Part shown: positions 61,001 through 63,432 of the stretch, in pieces
Layout: each line of letters opens with the position of its first letter
Numbering within the stretch: position 1 is the first letter of the stretch
Virus record (IMG/VR): IMGVR_UViG_3300025000_000097
Span: 1-63,432 of that record
From: a virus
Lineage: Duplodnaviria > Caudoviricetes
Length of the DNA: 63,432 bases
Direction: 5' to 3' (one strand)
Made by a program: the position numbers and the translations under genes
The notes under the pieces: generated by a model
The model's input: only the letters and a program-made list of their open reading frames with translations
What the model was told of the DNA's origin: nothing
Database searches by the model: none

Positions 61001-63269
61001 TGGCAATGTCGGCCTCGGAAAGTGTCTTGCTGTTCATCACATTAAGCAGCGCATCTTTAAGAGACTCCTTATCTGTAGCAGTGAACACGTTGGCCTTGGC
61101 CTTGGCCTCATCTACTGCCTGCATGAAGGTGGCATGCTCTGCTTCGGTGATCTCACCGAGAATCTTCATCTCAGCCTGCGATAACGGTATCCCCTTGACG
61201 AGCTTCCCTTTTATCTGCGGCTTGTACGCCTTCCACTTCTTTGCGAAGGCAGCAGCTTCAGCCCCGATATCAGCCACAGCATTCTTAGCTACAGTCTCAG
61301 CGATGATCGTCTCTGCTGTCTTGGCTATAACGCGGAGACCGAAGCGATCTATGAGCAGTTCTTCCAGCTGTTTTGGAAACTGACCCATAACGTAGTTGGG
61401 ACTCAGATAGTGTGACGTCGCCTCCGCAAACAGTTCACTTGCATTAGTAGCGCCATACTTGCTGACATGCTTCAATAATGATCCCTCAGCTTTTAGCTTA
61501 TCGAATACAATATTGAGTGCCTGTTTTTGAACATCCATTGGCGCCAAGTGAAGGCCGAGTTCATGGCGGAGTAGGCCCGTCATGTTCTTGTAGATAGTCC
61601 AGGCTCCGAGTTGGGGGCCGCTTGATACCTTGCCTTGATCTGTGCCGAGCACCATCATCTTCTTGTTGGCCTGGTACCAGCCAGCAGTTACCCCTGGTTT
61701 GCCGCCTGCATCATTCAGTATCTTTACATCAACGAGGCGCAGCGTTTCCAACTGGTTGCTCTTCATTAACTGCGCAACTTTAGGAAATTCTGCATGGATA
61801 CGTTCAAGATCAGAGGTTAATGTTTTACCGACAATCATCATTCGATTCTCATTACCGGCAAATGACTTCGCTTCAAAAGAGAGATTGTTGACACCCAGGT
61901 CGCTAAGGATAGTCTCCAGCGTCTTGATAGAAGTAGCTTCATCGGCTAACCCTACGAATTTTCCGATCTCTCCTGGGGCGTTCACCAGCGTGCCTGCTGC
62001 GAGACCGAGTTCCTGTTCCTGAGCAGTGAGCGCCGCAACACGGGCTGCTTGTGCACGACTGCTGGCTGCTGCCTGTAACCCCTGCCTCGTTGCATCATCA
62101 GCAGTTAGGACCGGGGATTGTATGTGGGAGAAGTCCATCGGGCCGCTAACAGGGATGGTCTTGCCAAGGTGTCCGCCTCCTGATCCGGGCATTCCATCAG
62201 GAAAGAGCTTGCCTACGGTCGCAGCCTCCTTTGCGGCCAGCTGATCCAGGCTCAGCACGTTTCCGAACTTATCTGCAAACTTATCCACTGTCAGCTTACC
62301 ATCACGGAACAGCGTAGCCCTGGTCTTACCAAGTATCTCATTCTGAGAGGCATCATCCTGCGTGCGCAACCAGTCGCTGAAGCTAATATCCGCATCAACA
62401 GGCCCACCTATCGAGGCCCGCTTGCTTGCAGGTATCTCATTGAGGTCTATGCCGAGCTGGCGCCAGGTCTTCAGCAAAGGCAGGGCAAAGGAACGGCAAC
62501 GGAAGTGTCTTGGCGGGATGGGACCTTCACCGACAGGCCACTTAGTACCGCTTAGCGATGCACACGTGATGGTAGTCCTTGTATCCAGGGTAGCAACAAA
62601 CGTCCATCCTTGCATCAGGTCCTCATTCTGCTTGTACACGCTCTGCTGGGTGGTGTTGGATACGTGGTTCACAGCAGTCCGTACCACGGCCTCGGCATTG
62701 CGGCGCCCTATCTCAAGGATGCCATCTGCATAACCGGCAGCTTTAGTTCCTGTCAGCCTCGTCACCATCTGTTCTATCGTCTCACCGAGGCCATCGCCTG
62801 TTCTGACTGCTTGCGTGATTGCATGCTGTTTGTCCAGTGCGATCTTATCGAACCACTCCCCCAGGATCGCTCCCTGGAAGGGCTGGGCCGTTACCAACGT
62901 GGCTAGCTTGTCAGGGGAAGGGGTAACTATATCTATTTTATCGAGGAGTGTCTTGGATAGTACAGATGAAGTAAAAGTGGCCTCATGCGCGCCAAATGCT
63001 GTCAGCTTGTCCGTTGCTGTTTTCTTGAGTACAGCATAACTTTCAGCCGTCAGCTTATGGGTTTCCTTGAGCATCGCTTCCAGCCGTGCTTTGGTAAAGG
63101 AGCCCACAGCAGCTTTCTGTATAAGCCCCACCAGCTCCTTATCCATGCCGTTAAGCAGGCCTATGATATCGGATACCGTAGCATTCGTGTATCGTCCCAG
63201 GTTTACCTGATGCTTGATGAATGCATCGAGCAGTGACGCCGGGACAGTGATCTTTTCTGCTGCAGCCAT
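58008..63269 (-). CDS. MuF (SPP1 gp7-like) minor head protein with zincin-like, kinase-like and ART-like C-terminal domains
   Basis: N-terminal VRTAVNH...ATLDTRTT..C...PPRHFRCRS; RHELGLH...SKYG...ELFAE; GSNEGG...YIK...NEV...DAWLANWDV...VDPGG; LHH...GGADYVYTR...NETIFK. Confidence 0.85.
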   Translation of the reverse strand: MAAAEKITVPASLLDAFIKHQVNLGRYTNATVSDIIGLLNGMDKELVGLIQKAAVGSFTKARLEAMLKETHKLTAESYAVLKKTATDKLTAFGAHEATFTSSVLSKTLLDKIDIVTPSPDKLATLVTAQPFQGAILGEWFDKIALDKQHAITQAVRTGDGLGETIEQMVTRLTGTKAAGYADGILEIGRRNAEAVVRTAVNHVSNTTQQSVYKQNEDLMQGWTFVATLDTRTTITCASLSGTKWPVGEGPIPPRHFRCRSFALPLLKTWRQLGIDLNEIPASKRASIGGPVDADISFSDWLRTQDDASQNEILGKTRATLFRDGKLTVDKFADKFGNVLSLDQLAAKEAATVGKLFPDGMPGSGGGHLGKTIPVSGPMDFSHIQSPVLTADDATRQGLQAAASSRAQAARVAALTAQEQELGLAAGTLVNAPGEIGKFVGLADEATSIKTLETILSDLGVNNLSFEAKSFAGNENRMMIVGKTLTSDLERIHAEFPKVAQLMKSNQLETLRLVDVKILNDAGGKPGVTAGWYQANKKMMVLGTDQGKVSSGPQLGAWTIYKNMTGLLRHELGLHLAPMDVQKQALNIVFDKLKAEGSLLKHVSKYGATNASELFAEATSHYLSPNYVMGQFPKQLEELLIDRFGLRVIAKTAETIIAETVAKNAVADIGAEAAAFAKKWKAYKPQIKGKLVKGIPLSQAEMKILGEITEAEHATFMQAVDEAKAKANVFTATDKESLKDALLNVMNSKTLSEADIAIISKAGKGLSSDEMTAISAKALQEFEAAKKALDEAKLAYIDGYVNGKVLSDDMVELLGKLSGEEKALINAEAKAAKEALDKLAEESALAIEKALAEEAAINAAKVAAFDDALQKKWKAYKPQIKGKLVKGLDLTPAEKKILGDVPKHEYDDLMNKVDATMSSKTGTAVAGPSVPPPAPTTLSLDDFKKVGGKLGSNEGGTYVNKVTGEQFYIKLSASNDIAQNEVMATHLYKMAGVNATDMQLIDLGNGKWGVASRWIDGLEVNPGALQSGKLAGVYDGFGVDAWLANWDVVGQTYNNMKVLNGVTAVRVDPGGALFYRAQGGTKTLGNVVEELKSLRDASINSQSATVFAGMKQADLEAAIRRVLNIKESDIAATVHGYGDLWSVSQRRELVDTLIARQRYIAQQFPDLVEKTVEMMGKAVVSQDQFWAIRAARGNGVAVRVDYKQLEDQQILFHQERFSNGNDGIVGTFKVRAEGAKIMDGYVARAGGLQPGPTLEYAIKGITKTDIDGVSNSIIDTLKGVGAQAKNGESLRAKDIDRAKAAVAKLSDFWDKASLAGTNLVGSEWDLYHRDWNGLLGKIIKAGEGAPAKDFVPTKQFKAFEVPSITIPAPKLPESSEIKFFKKAGTFEKATIDKGNIIRSNIQESLSVGGENYFYEAEINGVKVRYWPKGDDSIAYSLQGRVQIITDGASKEAINKAISALDKIGLNVEIPALIQKEEMYLQKIAYHLNNSDYSVRAASIGNESDVTVRITRWKEYLNTKLGIKDITTLPDYKPDGTLEHFNQGNILLHRPDLQGPAWDAFTKEYRLHHSFWSGDYVGGFDRILDSGGKLAASTDRVRRGIPWGTSSASTDFKYGGADYVYTRVKTLSSSKSEAGITWRADNHLRRLDAISYSGDTYGQTKATNPVGRGGTPDAALGEDGFVLTNRAASNIKGWKNMAQQHSSNETIFKGGLSIFEDVEQIKVPREQYDKVLAIFRKHKITEWPDGRALTDVIVK

Positions 63270-63432
63270 CTAGTGCCCCCAGTATTACTCGGTTTGTGCT
63301 GCAGGTTTCTTAACCTTGGCAGGGTCCATCTTCCAGGTTCCATCCGCATTCTTCATCGGCTTGCCCTGGGGGTCCAGCAGCACCCCGGCTGGCGGCTTAT
63401 CTCCACCGAGTGCGCCTTCTGGATTGCCTATG
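63270..63432 (-). CDS. portal protein, 3' end
   Basis: In frame with 1-1528 across the overlap; TAG at 63270-63272 directly abuts the MuF ATG. Confidence 0.8.
63329..63432. repeat. terminal direct repeat, right copy (circular-assembly overlap)
   Basis: Copy of 1-104. Confidence 0.95.

Noticed and set aside
264-63236. Numerous + strand ORFs overlapping - strand genes
   Set aside because: Antisense shadows of real genes, with no RBS or recognisable motifs
1-63432. tRNA genes, integrase or lysogeny module
   Set aside because: None recognisable by eye; tRNAscan-SE and HMM searches are needed to exclude them fully

Overview
The window is a complete, circularly permuted genome of about 63.33 kb from a long-tailed (siphovirus-like) dsDNA phage. 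Bases 6-104 are repeated exactly at 63334-63432, and the portal gene runs across this join. Almost all genes are on the minus strand. They include packaging genes (TerS, intein-containing TerL, portal), a 1753-aa MuF head protein with several enzyme-like C-terminal domains, head and tail genes, a lysis module, a replication module (SNF2 helicase, primase, UvrD-like helicase, family A polymerase) and nucleotide-metabolism genes (ThyX, dCMP deaminase, MazG-like). No integrase was seen. The most unusual features are: (1) a TerL intein whose HNH homing endonuclease is a separate, out-of-frame gene with its own promoter and RBS; (2) a helicase whose Walker A motif is split by a 10-nt stop-containing gap next to a free-standing HNH gene and a 13-bp hairpin, resembling the T4 gene 60/mobA bypass cassette; (3) three integron attC-like sites flanking small genes; (4) a winged-helix 'LKNPKY-G' domain reused four times; (5) a TGTACA-17-TATAGT promoter family; (6) an apparently over-represented CCTGGGG heptamer. 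All family assignments come from motif recognition by eye; no database searches were run.
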